Position numbers and translations under genes: made by a program. Shown here one piece after another: positions 9,759 to 18,850 of a stretch of DNA of 64,000 bases (position 1 is its first letter; each line of letters begins with the position of its first letter). The stretch spans positions 150,490 through 214,489 of the forward strand of contig WGMB01000002.1 of NCBI GenBank assembly GCA_016125275.1. The letters run 5' to 3'. The DNA is from Acidobacteriota bacterium (GTDB taxonomy: Bacteria; Acidobacteriota; Terriglobia; Bryobacterales; UBA6623). Below the pieces are notes generated by a model that had not been told where the DNA came from, searched no databases, and saw only the letters and a list, made by a program, of their open reading frames with translations.

Positions 9759-12700
9759 CTAATCTTCCGACGATTCCGCCGCCGATCCCAAGCGCTCGCC
9801 CTGTATCCAACGCAGAATCGTGCGGTACTCGGCGCTGTCGCGGCCCGTCGGCCAGCGCAGGCCGCCGCCATGGGTCAGCTTCTGCGAGTCCCCCACGCCG
9901 CGGTCGTCCAGCCGCCGCGTCGGCTTGTTCAGCAGCAGCGAATTCTCCGGGTCGGCCAGATTCACCACGCCGGTGGCGGCGGAGTAGTTCGCCCGTGAGT
10001 CCGCATGCGTCAGCACGCCGAACTCATCCGGCTCGCGCAAGTGGAAGATCGTGTGGTTGGCGTGGCAGTTCACGCAAGCCAGCCCGTCGGCGCCCTTCGT
10101 GGTCAGGATCGGCTCCACGTTGTAGCGGAAGTACTCGTAGTCCAGCAGGAGCTGCGTGTCGTAGCCCTTGCGCCCGGCGCGGGCGGCCAGCGAGGCGTCG
10201 AGCGACGCCGCCGAGTTGCGGACCGCCGGGCTCGAATCCTCCAGCAGCCTCGCCAGCCGCTCGCGGACAGGCTTGGCGTCCTGCAGCGGCCCAATCGTCC
10301 GCACCGCCGTCAACGCCGCCTCGCGCACCGCCGGCTCGTCGCGGTCCATGGCCGTGGTCAGCAGCCGCTCGATCGGCCCCAGCGCGTCGGCATGGGCCTT
10401 CTTCTCGTAGCTGTACGACTGCACCCGCTCCAACGCCCCGGTCAGCGCTTCCGGGGAAGCCTGCGCCAGAAACGCCGCATAGGCCTTGGCGAGCTTGCCC
10501 ATCTCGAACAGCTTCCCGTCGGAGAGCAGAAAGTCCAGCGCCGCCTGCCGGGAAGCCGGGGCCGCCGCCCGCAGCCCTTCCACGGCCTTCAGCGCCGGCG
10601 CCGCGTCCCGCCGCAGCGCCGGCGACGCCGCCAAGGCGTGCACCAGGTGCGGAAACGCCGGATCTTCCGGCCCCGCCGCCGACAGCCGCACCGCCAAGGC
10701 CCTTTCGATGGCCGCGTCCCCGGACAGAGCCTTCTGCCGCGGCTCCGCCAAGATCGCCGCCGCCGTCTCCACGCTCACCGCGTCCCCGTCCGCCAGCATC
10801 GCCCGCAGCCGCTCGGCCGTCTCCGGCCCGGCGATGTCCGCGCCCGGCAGATGCTTGCGCGCCGACGCCGCAATCTCTTTCCGCAACGCCGTCTCCGGCG
10901 ACCCCGCCAGCGACAGCAGCTCCACCGCCAAGCGCTGGTCCGCCGGGAACGGCGCCAGAAAGTCCAGCGTCTTCAACGTCTCGTCGATGAGCTGCGGCGT
11001 CTCGGTCTCCAGCGCGATCGTCAGCGCCTCGTTCATCGGCGGCGCGGACTCGGAGTAGAACTTCGGCGGGTCCGAATCATTTCCCGTCCCCGCCCGCGCG
11101 CCGGTCCCGCCAGTCAGCGGGTCGTATAGCGCAAAGTGCTTGTATCCGTTCAGATACGGCCCCTGCACCGTCGGTGGCGCGGCGGCGTGCGCCAGCCCCG
11201 AAACGTCGCCCTGCCCCTCGCGCAGCACGTGCGTATGCAGCGCCCGCAGCAGCCCGTCGCGCGTGCGAGGGCTGCCGTCGCGCATCGCGGCCAGGAAGCG
11301 GCGCGCCTGGCCCAGCACGCTCGCCTCATGCCCCAGCCGCACGATCTCGCGGTCCTCGGGTAGCTTCACGCGCTCCATCCACGAGCCGTAGAGGTAGCGC
11401 AAATTGTCGTCGAGCGTGTTGTAGTAGCCCTCGATGAAGTTGCGGCGCACCCAGGGGTGCTCCACCCGCCCCAGCCCGGCGATCAGCGACTCCTCGATGG
11501 CCGCCTTATGCTCGGTGGAGCGGTCCCAGAACCACCACTGCCCCAGCCCCTGCAAGGCCTGCATCTTCACCACCGGCACGGTCTCGGACTCCGCCAGCCG
11601 AATCAGCTCCGACCCCAGCCGCCAGTCCTCGGACAGATACTTGAAGTGCTGGCTGAACAGCCGCGTAGCCCCCCAGCGGACCCGTGTCTTCTCCGAGCCC
11701 AGCGCCGCCCGGATCGCCTCTACAGCCTCTTCCCGCACCGCCGGACGCCGCATCGCCACCTGCCGCAGGCTCCACGCCGCGGCCCTCTGCACCAGCTTGC
11801 TGGGGTCGCCCAGCCGCTTCGCCAAAATCTCGATCGAGCCCGGGTCCGCCGAACGGCCCAGCGCGATCGCCGCATAGCGCCGCACCAGCACGTGCGGCGA
11901 ATTCAGCTCCCGCCGAATCAGCTCGGCCTGCTCCGGAGCCGCCGGGTCCCACACCTTGTCGAGCGCTGCGATCTTCTCCAGCGGGCTCAGCTCCGCGGCG
12001 ATCGCCGGCGGCGCCGCCTCCTTGCCGGGCCCATGGAAATATTCCGACAGCGCCATGATGGCGTACTGCGTGTCCCGGAACGGCGTGTCGAAATTCTTGT
12101 ACTCCGGCTCGCCCTGCCAGGCGCCCGACGCCGTCTGCCGCGACAGGCAATACGCGATCGCCTTGGCCACGTGCGGCTCGTCCTTCGGCACGCCCGCCTT
12201 CGCCAGAGCGTACAGCGTGTGGTAGGTCTGGAACTCCGAGCTGCGCGGCCCTTCCTGCCCGGCCCTGTGCGGAATCTCCTTGCGCTTCACCTCGTGGTTG
12301 CGCCAGTCGTACTCGATGATCTCCATGCCGAACGGCATCGCCCAACTGCCGTCGGGTTTCTGGAGCTCCAAGATGCGTTGCACGTTGGCGGCGATCTTCT
12401 CGCGGTGCTTCTCCGCGTCCAGGTCCGCCAGCGCCACCGTCTGCCAAGAGAGATCCAGCAAGTCCACCGGCTCGCCTGAAGCCGCCACCGCCTCGGCCTG
12501 CGCCGCGATCTCCGCCGCCCGCTCCTCGCCATGGCGCTTGTGGAGGTCGCGGAACAGCAGCGCGCTGTGGTGGGCGACCTCATAGCCGGAGATGCGCGGC
12601 AAATTCCCGTTGGACTCCGGCTGCGGCTCCTGCATGCCCGGCCAATAGAGCTTCAGGAACTCGCCGATGCCGCGGTAGAGCTCTTCGCGGCGCTCGCCCT

Positions 12701-13904
12701 GCGTCAAGTCCTGCTCGTACTTGTTGGCAATGTAAGCCAGCCGCGACAGCACGTTGCCCGGCGCGTGGATCATCCGCGCCCACGACGCCTCGGTGTGCCC
12801 GTAGATCGGCCGCGGGTTGTTCATCAGCCGCTCCACCAAAAACCGCAGGCTCTCCCGCGCATGCACCGGGTAGCCGTTCTCCACTGCGATCATCTCGGCG
12901 CGCGTGGAGAAATGCGTGGGGTGGCAGGCGATGCACAGCTTGGTCTCCTGCACCACGTTCGACGTGCGCAGCGCCGACATCCCCCGCCGCGGCACGTTGG
13001 CGTGCCAGGAGTCGCCCTTGCGCACGATGTAGTCCATCGCCACGCGCACGGCCTCTTGCGGGTCCCGGTAGGGCGGCGGATCGTAGGTCGCCAGCTCCAG
13101 CTCGTAGCCGGGGTGATCGGCCATCACCCGCACGTAGTATTCGCCGGGCTCGATCACCCGCGCGGCGAACTTGTACAGCCCGTGCAGAACGGTCGACTTT
13201 TCGGGCTCGAAGCGTTCCCGCCCCCGCGTATACTCCACCGGCTCGCCGTCCTTCACGGTGAACAGAGCCACGTCCACCGGCACGTCGCGGTCCAGGATTT
13301 CGAGATTCAGGTGCAGCAGTCGCTCGCCGGGGCCTTCGTAGCGAAACTTGTACCAGTCCACGCCTTCGAGCATCTGGTCGTACACGCCCTGCGGCCCGTT
13401 GCTGCGCGGAATGTAGGGCCGGTCGTCGGCCGCGGCGTAGATCGTCGAGTCCAGCCGAATCGCCTGCGCCTCCTGCCAGCTCGGGCGGCCGTCATCGCCC
13501 AGCCGCGCCGATTCCGTGGCGGCTCGGCCCAGGGTGGAGAGCTGGTAGTCGAGCGTCACCTCGCCGTCCAACTCCACGGACTTGGCGCGCAAAGTCACCG
13601 TCACCGGCTGCTCGGGAATGAGGGTGAAGTACCAGTCGGGGTCGCCCGCATGCAGCTCCTTGCGCATCCGCCCCAGCGAGGCCTCCACCCGCCCGCGCTC
13701 ATTGAGCTGCGCCGGATCGAGGACGCTCACCAGCACGCCGTAGGCCTCCCCGGCCTGCAGGTTGAAGCTCACCTGCCCATTGCCGCCCGGAGGCAACTCC
13801 ATCGACTGGATGTACTGCGCGGAGCTGTCGCGCGTAGCGAGCCAACCCAGCAAACCGACCGCGGCGACGCAGGCAAAGAAGCGGGAAGCAGGGCAACAGC
13901 GCAT
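9759..13904 (-). CDS. Very large secreted protein: PPC-like domain, prenyltransferase/terpenoid-cyclase-like repeats, HEAT repeats, two CxxCH motifs
   Basis: ORF 9759..13997. ATG 13904 gives MRCCPASRFFACVAAVGLLGWLATRDSSAQ. CIACH (12921..12935) and CVNCH (10062..10076). Repeats QKPDGSWAMPFG and RQTASGAWQGEPE. HEAT-like VRRYAAIALGRSADPGSIEILAKRLGDPSKLVQRAAAWSL. Stop lies 8 nt before the S9 peptidase start. Confidence 0.8.
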   Translation of the reverse strand: MRCCPASRFFACVAAVGLLGWLATRDSSAQYIQSMELPPGGNGQVSFNLQAGEAYGVLVSVLDPAQLNERGRVEASLGRMRKELHAGDPDWYFTLIPEQPVTVTLRAKSVELDGEVTLDYQLSTLGRAATESARLGDDGRPSWQEAQAIRLDSTIYAAADDRPYIPRSNGPQGVYDQMLEGVDWYKFRYEGPGERLLHLNLEILDRDVPVDVALFTVKDGEPVEYTRGRERFEPEKSTVLHGLYKFAARVIEPGEYYVRVMADHPGYELELATYDPPPYRDPQEAVRVAMDYIVRKGDSWHANVPRRGMSALRTSNVVQETKLCIACHPTHFSTRAEMIAVENGYPVHARESLRFLVERLMNNPRPIYGHTEASWARMIHAPGNVLSRLAYIANKYEQDLTQGERREELYRGIGEFLKLYWPGMQEPQPESNGNLPRISGYEVAHHSALLFRDLHKRHGEERAAEIAAQAEAVAASGEPVDLLDLSWQTVALADLDAEKHREKIAANVQRILELQKPDGSWAMPFGMEIIEYDWRNHEVKRKEIPHRAGQEGPRSSEFQTYHTLYALAKAGVPKDEPHVAKAIAYCLSRQTASGAWQGEPEYKNFDTPFRDTQYAIMALSEYFHGPGKEAAPPAIAAELSPLEKIAALDKVWDPAAPEQAELIRRELNSPHVLVRRYAAIALGRSADPGSIEILAKRLGDPSKLVQRAAAWSLRQVAMRRPAVREEAVEAIRAALGSEKTRVRWGATRLFSQHFKYLSEDWRLGSELIRLAESETVPVVKMQALQGLGQWWFWDRSTEHKAAIEESLIAGLGRVEHPWVRRNFIEGYYNTLDDNLRYLYGSWMERVKLPEDREIVRLGHEASVLGQARRFLAAMRDGSPRTRDGLLRALHTHVLREGQGDVSGLAHAAAPPTVQGPYLNGYKHFALYDPLTGGTGARAGTGNDSDPPKFYSESAPPMNEALTIALETETPQLIDETLKTLDFLAPFPADQRLAVELLSLAGSPETALRKEIAASARKHLPGADIAGPETAERLRAMLADGDAVSVETAAAILAEPRQKALSGDAAIERALAVRLSAAGPEDPAFPHLVHALAASPALRRDAAPALKAVEGLRAAAPASRQAALDFLLSDGKLFEMGKLAKAYAAFLAQASPEALTGALERVQSYSYEKKAHADALGPIERLLTTAMDRDEPAVREAALTAVRTIGPLQDAKPVRERLARLLEDSSPAVRNSAASLDASLAARAGRKGYDTQLLLDYEYFRYNVEPILTTKGADGLACVNCHANHTIFHLREPDEFGVLTHADSRANYSAATGVVNLADPENSLLLNKPTRRLDDRGVGDSQKLTHGGGLRWPTGRDSAEYRTILRWIQGERLGSAAESSED

Positions 13905-14002
13905 GGCGTTGCGATTATAGCGGGCCCAGGCGTGTCGGCCCGGCAAAACGCCGGTACTGGGCAACCAAGTGCGCGCCTGGTGCGTAGGACAAGCCAAGCC
14001 CT

Positions 14003-15514
14003 ATGCGAAAGCTCGCCTGCGCGGTCGTTCTGCTCGGAGGCTTCCTGCCGCCTCCGGCTCCCGGGTGTAGCTGCATGCCACGAGGGCCGGTCTGCGCCTC
14101 CGTGGGCGCCGATTCGGTGATCTTCGTCGGTACGGTAATCGGAACCCAACCGAAAGAAGGCCTCGCCGAGCTCTCCCAGCGAGCCGCCGAAGGCGAAGAA
14201 GTCTGGAAAAGGTACAAGCGGCGCGCCAAACGGGGAATCGCCACCGAGCAAGACCGCCTTACCGCCCTCGCGGCCGTGCGGTCCTTGTATCTAGCCCTGT
14301 TCGGGCACGAGCTCGACGATGCCGCCGAGCTCGTGATCATGCAGGCGCCCTCCCTGAAGAAGATCGAGGCAGTGATCGAGGACCTTCCGATGCAGCGTTT
14401 GGTGCGGCTCCAGGTGGATGAAGCCCTTCAGAACGTGACCGGAAGCCAACTCGAGGTGTCGACCGGATTCGGCGGCGGCGACTGCGGCTTCCCCTTCGAG
14501 TTTGGCGAGCAGTACCTCGTTCATGCCTGGACCGACAGCGACACCGGCCGGTTGAGCACGGGAATCTGCATGGGAACGGGCCTGGCCGAGGGGGCGGAGG
14601 AGACGCTGGCCTACCTCCGGGCGTTGCCCAACGCACCCGAGTCCGGCCGCATATTCGGAGATGTGGCGGTCAGCCTGTTCGACCCCGCCCGGGACCTCTA
14701 CGACCGCCAGCCTGGCAAGGGGTTCTCTGTTCGACTCATCGGAGAGCAGGGGACCCTTGAGACGACGACCGACGACAGCGGCGCCTATGCGTTCGAGAAC
14801 ATCGCCCCGGGCTCCTATCGCCTGCAGGCCGCCCCGGAGGATTCTGAGGTTCATCTAGGGGCGTCCCTCGATGTGAAACTCGCCGCCAAGAGCTGTGTGG
14901 AGCAGATGTTGACCGCCACAATCCCGCGAGCAGCGGTTCAAGGTCGCATTCTCGACCACGAAGGAGCTCCTGTCGACGGCATAGCCGTGGAGCTGACGCA
15001 TCAGAGCGCCTCTGAGCGCCTGCAGGCTAAACAGACCACCGAAGACGACGGAACCTTCGTCATCTCAGGCCTGGAACCGGGCCTCTACTGGGCGTCCGTC
15101 AACGCCCGCCGGGAGCCTTCCGTAGGGCAATACGGAGGCGGCCCCTACCCGACCAGCTACTATCCCGGCGCGCCCGATCGCACCGGAGCCGTCCTGATCG
15201 AAGCGCGAGGCGGCGAGCCGGCGGCTTTCGTGGAATGGCGTCTGCCGCCCCGCCTCGAGGAGAAGAAGGTCCGAGGCCGCGTCATCCATCCCGACGGGAC
15301 GCCGGCCCGCAAAGTCCATGTCAGCGTGATTCCCGGAGAAGCCTACAACCTCGATTCCTACGACCACACCGACGAAAGCGGTTCGTTCGAGCTGCGTCGC
15401 CTGCAAGGCGTGAGCTATCGCATCCGGGCCGTTTTGAGAGGCCGCGAAGTCGAGCAGCCGCTACCCGACGACGCCGAGTCCGTCACCCTCATCCTCCCCG
15501 CGAAAGACAAGTAG
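14003..15514 (+). CDS. Secreted protein: TIMP/NTR-like N-terminal module plus carboxypeptidase-regulatory-like repeats
   Basis: 503 aa. Signal peptide MRKLACAVVLLGGFLPPPAPG followed by CSCMPRGPVC. C-terminal repeats contain GSYRLQA, GLYWASV and VSYRIRA (CarboxypepD_reg-like). Confidence 0.75.
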   Translation: MRKLACAVVLLGGFLPPPAPGCSCMPRGPVCASVGADSVIFVGTVIGTQPKEGLAELSQRAAEGEEVWKRYKRRAKRGIATEQDRLTALAAVRSLYLALFGHELDDAAELVIMQAPSLKKIEAVIEDLPMQRLVRLQVDEALQNVTGSQLEVSTGFGGGDCGFPFEFGEQYLVHAWTDSDTGRLSTGICMGTGLAEGAEETLAYLRALPNAPESGRIFGDVAVSLFDPARDLYDRQPGKGFSVRLIGEQGTLETTTDDSGAYAFENIAPGSYRLQAAPEDSEVHLGASLDVKLAAKSCVEQMLTATIPRAAVQGRILDHEGAPVDGIAVELTHQSASERLQAKQTTEDDGTFVISGLEPGLYWASVNARREPSVGQYGGGPYPTSYYPGAPDRTGAVLIEARGGEPAAFVEWRLPPRLEEKKVRGRVIHPDGTPARKVHVSVIPGEAYNLDSYDHTDESGSFELRRLQGVSYRIRAVLRGREVEQPLPDDAESVTLILPAKDK

Positions 15515-15527
15515 CCGCCCGCCGCCT

Positions 15528-16418
15528 TCAAAGCTGCTTCTGCCGCGCCCCACGGGCGTACGCTTCCCCCGCCGCCAGCACGATCATCGCCGCAAAAAAG
15601 CCCCACAGCACCAACGTCACTGAAATGAAGAACGGCCCATACTCGCTGCGCAGATCCAGCCAGGGCCAAGCCCACGAGTACGCCAACTGCCCCAGCTCCA
15701 CCAAAATCGCCACGATGATCGCCGTGATCGCCGCCCGCTTGAACGGCACCGGCCCGTTCGGCAAGACCCAATACACCATCAAGAAGATCACCGCCACGAA
15801 CGGAACTTCCGCCAGCTTCAGCGCCACCAGCACGGCGGCGTCCTGCACCGCCAGCATCCCTCCCAGCAACCTTTCGAAGTGCTCGGTCTGGGACGACGCC
15901 CACAGCGCCGCCGAAAGCGTCAGCACCCCCGACATGAACGTCAGCGACAAGCTGATCAACTGATTCTTCCAGTACGGCCGATTCGCCTCAAAGCCCCACA
16001 GCCGGTTCAGCGCCACCTCCATCGGCATAAAGATGCCGTTGGAGGCAAACAGCAGCAGAATCACCGACACGAACGCCGCCTCGTGCCCCCTCGACTCCAC
16101 CGCCGCCCGCAGGTTCCTCTCCACAAAGTCCACCAGCCCGGGGTCTTTGGGCAGAAAGCTCCGCAGTCCCACGTAGATGGCCCGCTCCGCGCCGCTCCAT
16201 CCCAGAAAGTTCTGCGACAGCCACAGCATCAGCACCATGAACGGAAAGAACCCGAACAGCACGTTCGAGGCGATCGCCATCGCATACACGTGGCAATCCA
16301 GCCCGAACCAATACTCGATCGTGGGGCGCACCGGCCGCGCCATGCGGCTCAGAAACCCTTCCCGACCCGAACCCGTGTGGAGCAATGCGAACATCAGGGC
16401 GTTCCGGCGGCGAGCCAT
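15528..16418 (-). CDS. YihY/BrkB family inner-membrane protein
   Basis: 296 aa, multi-TM, with block LLFASNGIFMPMEVALNRLWGFEANRPYWKNQLISLSL typical of YihY. An alternative ATG at 16394 would give a TGATG overlap with the upstream stop. Confidence 0.8.
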   Translation of the reverse strand: MARRRNALMFALLHTGSGREGFLSRMARPVRPTIEYWFGLDCHVYAMAIASNVLFGFFPFMVLMLWLSQNFLGWSGAERAIYVGLRSFLPKDPGLVDFVERNLRAAVESRGHEAAFVSVILLLFASNGIFMPMEVALNRLWGFEANRPYWKNQLISLSLTFMSGVLTLSAALWASSQTEHFERLLGGMLAVQDAAVLVALKLAEVPFVAVIFLMVYWVLPNGPVPFKRAAITAIIVAILVELGQLAYSWAWPWLDLRSEYGPFFISVTLVLWGFFAAMIVLAAGEAYARGARQKQL

Positions 16419-17359
16419 CCCCTGCCCTTGTGCCCAAAGTCAAAGGCGTTCGGATGCAGGATCTCCGCCAGGATCTCTCCCGATTCTACGAGGCGCGGGC
16501 CGGGTCGGTTGAAGTATTGCTGGCCGTCCGCAAGAAATACTCGCCCCTCCCGCACCGCGCGCAGCCCGCGCCACGGTTCCGAAGCCAGCAAAGCCGGCAG
16601 TTCCGCGCGCGTGCGCTCCAGCGCGAACCCGCACGGCGCCAGCAGCAGCACGTCCGGATCCGCCTCGGCCACCGCCGCCGCGTCCAGCCGCTTCGACTTG
16701 CCGCCCTCGTCGCCCAGCAGGCACAGCCCGCCGGCCGTCTGGATCAGCTCCGGCGTCCAGTGGCCGGCTGACATCGGCGGGTCCAGCCACTCCAGTTGCA
16801 GCACGCTCACGGCTTCCAGCTTTCCCGCCGCCGCGCCCAGCTCCGCCAGCCGCTCATTGCAGCGCGCCGCCAAGCGTTCCCCGGCGGCGATGTCGCCCAG
16901 CGCCTCCGCCACTTCCAAAAAATCCGCCATCACGCCCGGCAAGTCCGTCCCCGCCAGCGGCACGACGCGGGCCTCCACCCCCGTCCGCTGCCGCACCGCC
17001 CGCTCCACGTCCCGCAGGCTCACCGCGCACACCTCGCACAGAGTCTGCGTCACGATGTGCGTCGGCCGCGCCCGTTGCAACTCCTCCGCCAGCACTTCGT
17101 AGACGCCCAGAGCCTCCTCGGCGGCGTTGCGGCGGGCCTGTTCGCGGACCTGCCGGTCGATCTCCGCGCTCGAGCCCGCCGGCTGCGTGCGGGACCGCGT
17201 CAGGACCGGCAGCCGCTCCACTGACTCGGGAAAGTCACACTCGTGCGAGCGCCCCACCAGGCGCGCCTCGAAGCCTAGCGCCGCCACGATCTCGGTCGCG
17301 CTCGGCAGCAGCGATGCGATCCGTATCTCGTCCTCAACTGCGAGGATGCCCTTCGTCAT
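16394..17359 (-). CDS. BtuF-like (Peripla_BP_2 fold) cobalamin/metal-chelate-binding protein without an obvious signal peptide
   Basis: 321 aa, RIASLLPSATEIVAALGFEARLVGRSHECDFPESVERLPVLT, the type-III periplasmic-binding-protein signature. Start overlaps the xerD stop by 26 nt. Confidence 0.75.
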   Translation of the reverse strand: MTKGILAVEDEIRIASLLPSATEIVAALGFEARLVGRSHECDFPESVERLPVLTRSRTQPAGSSAEIDRQVREQARRNAAEEALGVYEVLAEELQRARPTHIVTQTLCEVCAVSLRDVERAVRQRTGVEARVVPLAGTDLPGVMADFLEVAEALGDIAAGERLAARCNERLAELGAAAGKLEAVSVLQLEWLDPPMSAGHWTPELIQTAGGLCLLGDEGGKSKRLDAAAVAEADPDVLLLAPCGFALERTRAELPALLASEPWRGLRAVREGRVFLADGQQYFNRPGPRLVESGEILAEILHPNAFDFGHKGRGWLAAGTP

Positions 17360-18233
17360 AAACCTTGCGGAGACGCTCGCGCAGCACGTGCGTGTAGATC
17401 TGTGTGGAAGAGATATCGGAGTGCCCCAGCATCATCTGAACGCTGCGCAGGTCCGCTCCTCTCTCCAACAGATGCGTGGCAAAGCTATGGCGTAACACGT
17501 GGGGCGTGATGTTTTTCTCCACGCAGGCCAGCAGCCGGTATTTCTTCAGCAGCTTCCAGAACCCCTGCCGCGTCATCCCCGACCCGCGCGTGGTCACGAA
17601 CAGCTCCACGGCCACCCGCCGCCCCAACAGCGCCGGCCGGTCGTGCTCCACGTAGGCCTCCACCGCCCCCAGAGCCTCCCGGCCCACCGGCGTCAGCCTC
17701 TCCTTGTCGCCCTTGCCGCGAACCCGCAGCACCCCCAGCTCCTTGTGCAGCGCCCGGGTCGGCAGCGTCACCAGCTCGGTCACGCGCAAGCCCGTGGCGT
17801 ACAGCAATTGCAGCATGGCCCGGTCGCGGCCCCCTTGCGGAGTCGCCGGGTCCGGCGCCTCCAGCAGCCGGTCGACCTCCTCGAACGTCAGGAACTTCGG
17901 CAACTGCTTCCACTGCCCCGGCGAGCTCAAATCAGCCGTCGGGTCCGCGGCGATCCTTTCCTGGCGCAGCAAGTAGCGGAAGAACACCCGCAGCGTCGTC
18001 AGCGCCCGCGCGATCGAGCGGCTGCTCAGCCCCGAAGCCGACAGCTCGTCCACGTAGCCCCGCAAATCCGCCGCATCCGCCGTCTCCGGAGCCGCTCCGC
18101 CTTCAGCGCAGTAGCTGAAAAAGCGCGACAAATCGTGCTGGTAAGCCGTCAACGAATTCGCGGCCAGACCCTTCTCCACCCGGCAGTAGTCCAAGTACTC
18201 CCGCAACAGCGATTCCTGGGGCCCGGCGCTCAT
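17334..18233 (-). CDS. xerD: Site-specific tyrosine recombinase XerD (XerC/XerD family)
   Basis: ATG 18233 gives MSAGPQESLLREYLDYCRVEKGLAANSLTAYQHDL. C-terminal HVLRHSFATHLLERGADLRSVQMMLGHSDISSTQIYTHV carries the R-H-R-Y catalytic motifs. Confidence 0.85.
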   Translation of the reverse strand: MSAGPQESLLREYLDYCRVEKGLAANSLTAYQHDLSRFFSYCAEGGAAPETADAADLRGYVDELSASGLSSRSIARALTTLRVFFRYLLRQERIAADPTADLSSPGQWKQLPKFLTFEEVDRLLEAPDPATPQGGRDRAMLQLLYATGLRVTELVTLPTRALHKELGVLRVRGKGDKERLTPVGREALGAVEAYVEHDRPALLGRRVAVELFVTTRGSGMTRQGFWKLLKKYRLLACVEKNITPHVLRHSFATHLLERGADLRSVQMMLGHSDISSTQIYTHVLRERLRKVYDEGHPRS

Positions 18234-18307
18234 CGGAACAATTCGTTGACCCATTGTCGCAAGCAATCGTATTCTGACGGACGAGGAAGCCGGTCCGCCG
18301 TGCCTCG

Positions 18308-18850
18308 ATGTCGAGCTCTACGACCAAGAAAGTCTACCTGCGGCGTTTCGATCGCTCCTACATTGAAGGATACGTCTCGCCCGCAACTTTTCAACGCCCC
18401 GACGGCGTGGAAATCCTGAAGCGGTCCGCCCAGGTCATCGTCGTGCCCTACCACGAGGTGCGCGCTTTGTACTTCGTGCGCGACTTCGAGGGGCTGCCCG
18501 ACGGCGACGAAGAGAAGCGCGTCTTCGGCTCCCGCCCCAAGGTCGACGGCCTGTGGGTGCGGCTGACGTTTCGCGACGACGAGGCCTACGAAGGCGTCAT
18601 CGCCAACGACCTGCTGGCGCTGCACGACCCCGGCGTCCTGTTCAGCCCGCCGGACGCCAACTCCAACACCCAGCGCATCTACGTGCCCCACGCCGCCCTC
18701 AAGGAGTTCAAGGTGCTCGGCGTCATCGGCACCCCGGCCCATCGCCGCCGCACCCGCCGCAAGGTCGAGCCCGGCAAGGAGCAGGGCGACCTGTTCGCCG
18801 CGAGCTCGAACGAGCGCCCGGCGCAGCCCCCGACCGAGCCGCCCTTCTAG
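18308..18850 (+). CDS. Hypothetical protein with an internal ~55-aa duplication and a Pro/Arg-rich tail
   Basis: 180 aa. Codon usage is consistent with coding. Two similar modules (see finding). Divergent from xerD. Confidence 0.6.
   Translation: MSSSTTKKVYLRRFDRSYIEGYVSPATFQRPDGVEILKRSAQVIVVPYHEVRALYFVRDFEGLPDGDEEKRVFGSRPKVDGLWVRLTFRDDEAYEGVIANDLLALHDPGVLFSPPDANSNTQRIYVPHAALKEFKVLGVIGTPAHRRRTRRKVEPGKEQGDLFAASSNERPAQPPTEPPF

Noticed and set aside
17334-18233. Treating the tyrosine recombinase as an integrase marking a mobile element.
   Set aside because: The sequence has the XerC/XerD N-terminal and catalytic motifs. It is embedded in an overlapping housekeeping-type operon, and no att-like repeats, tRNA target or phage/transposon genes flank it.
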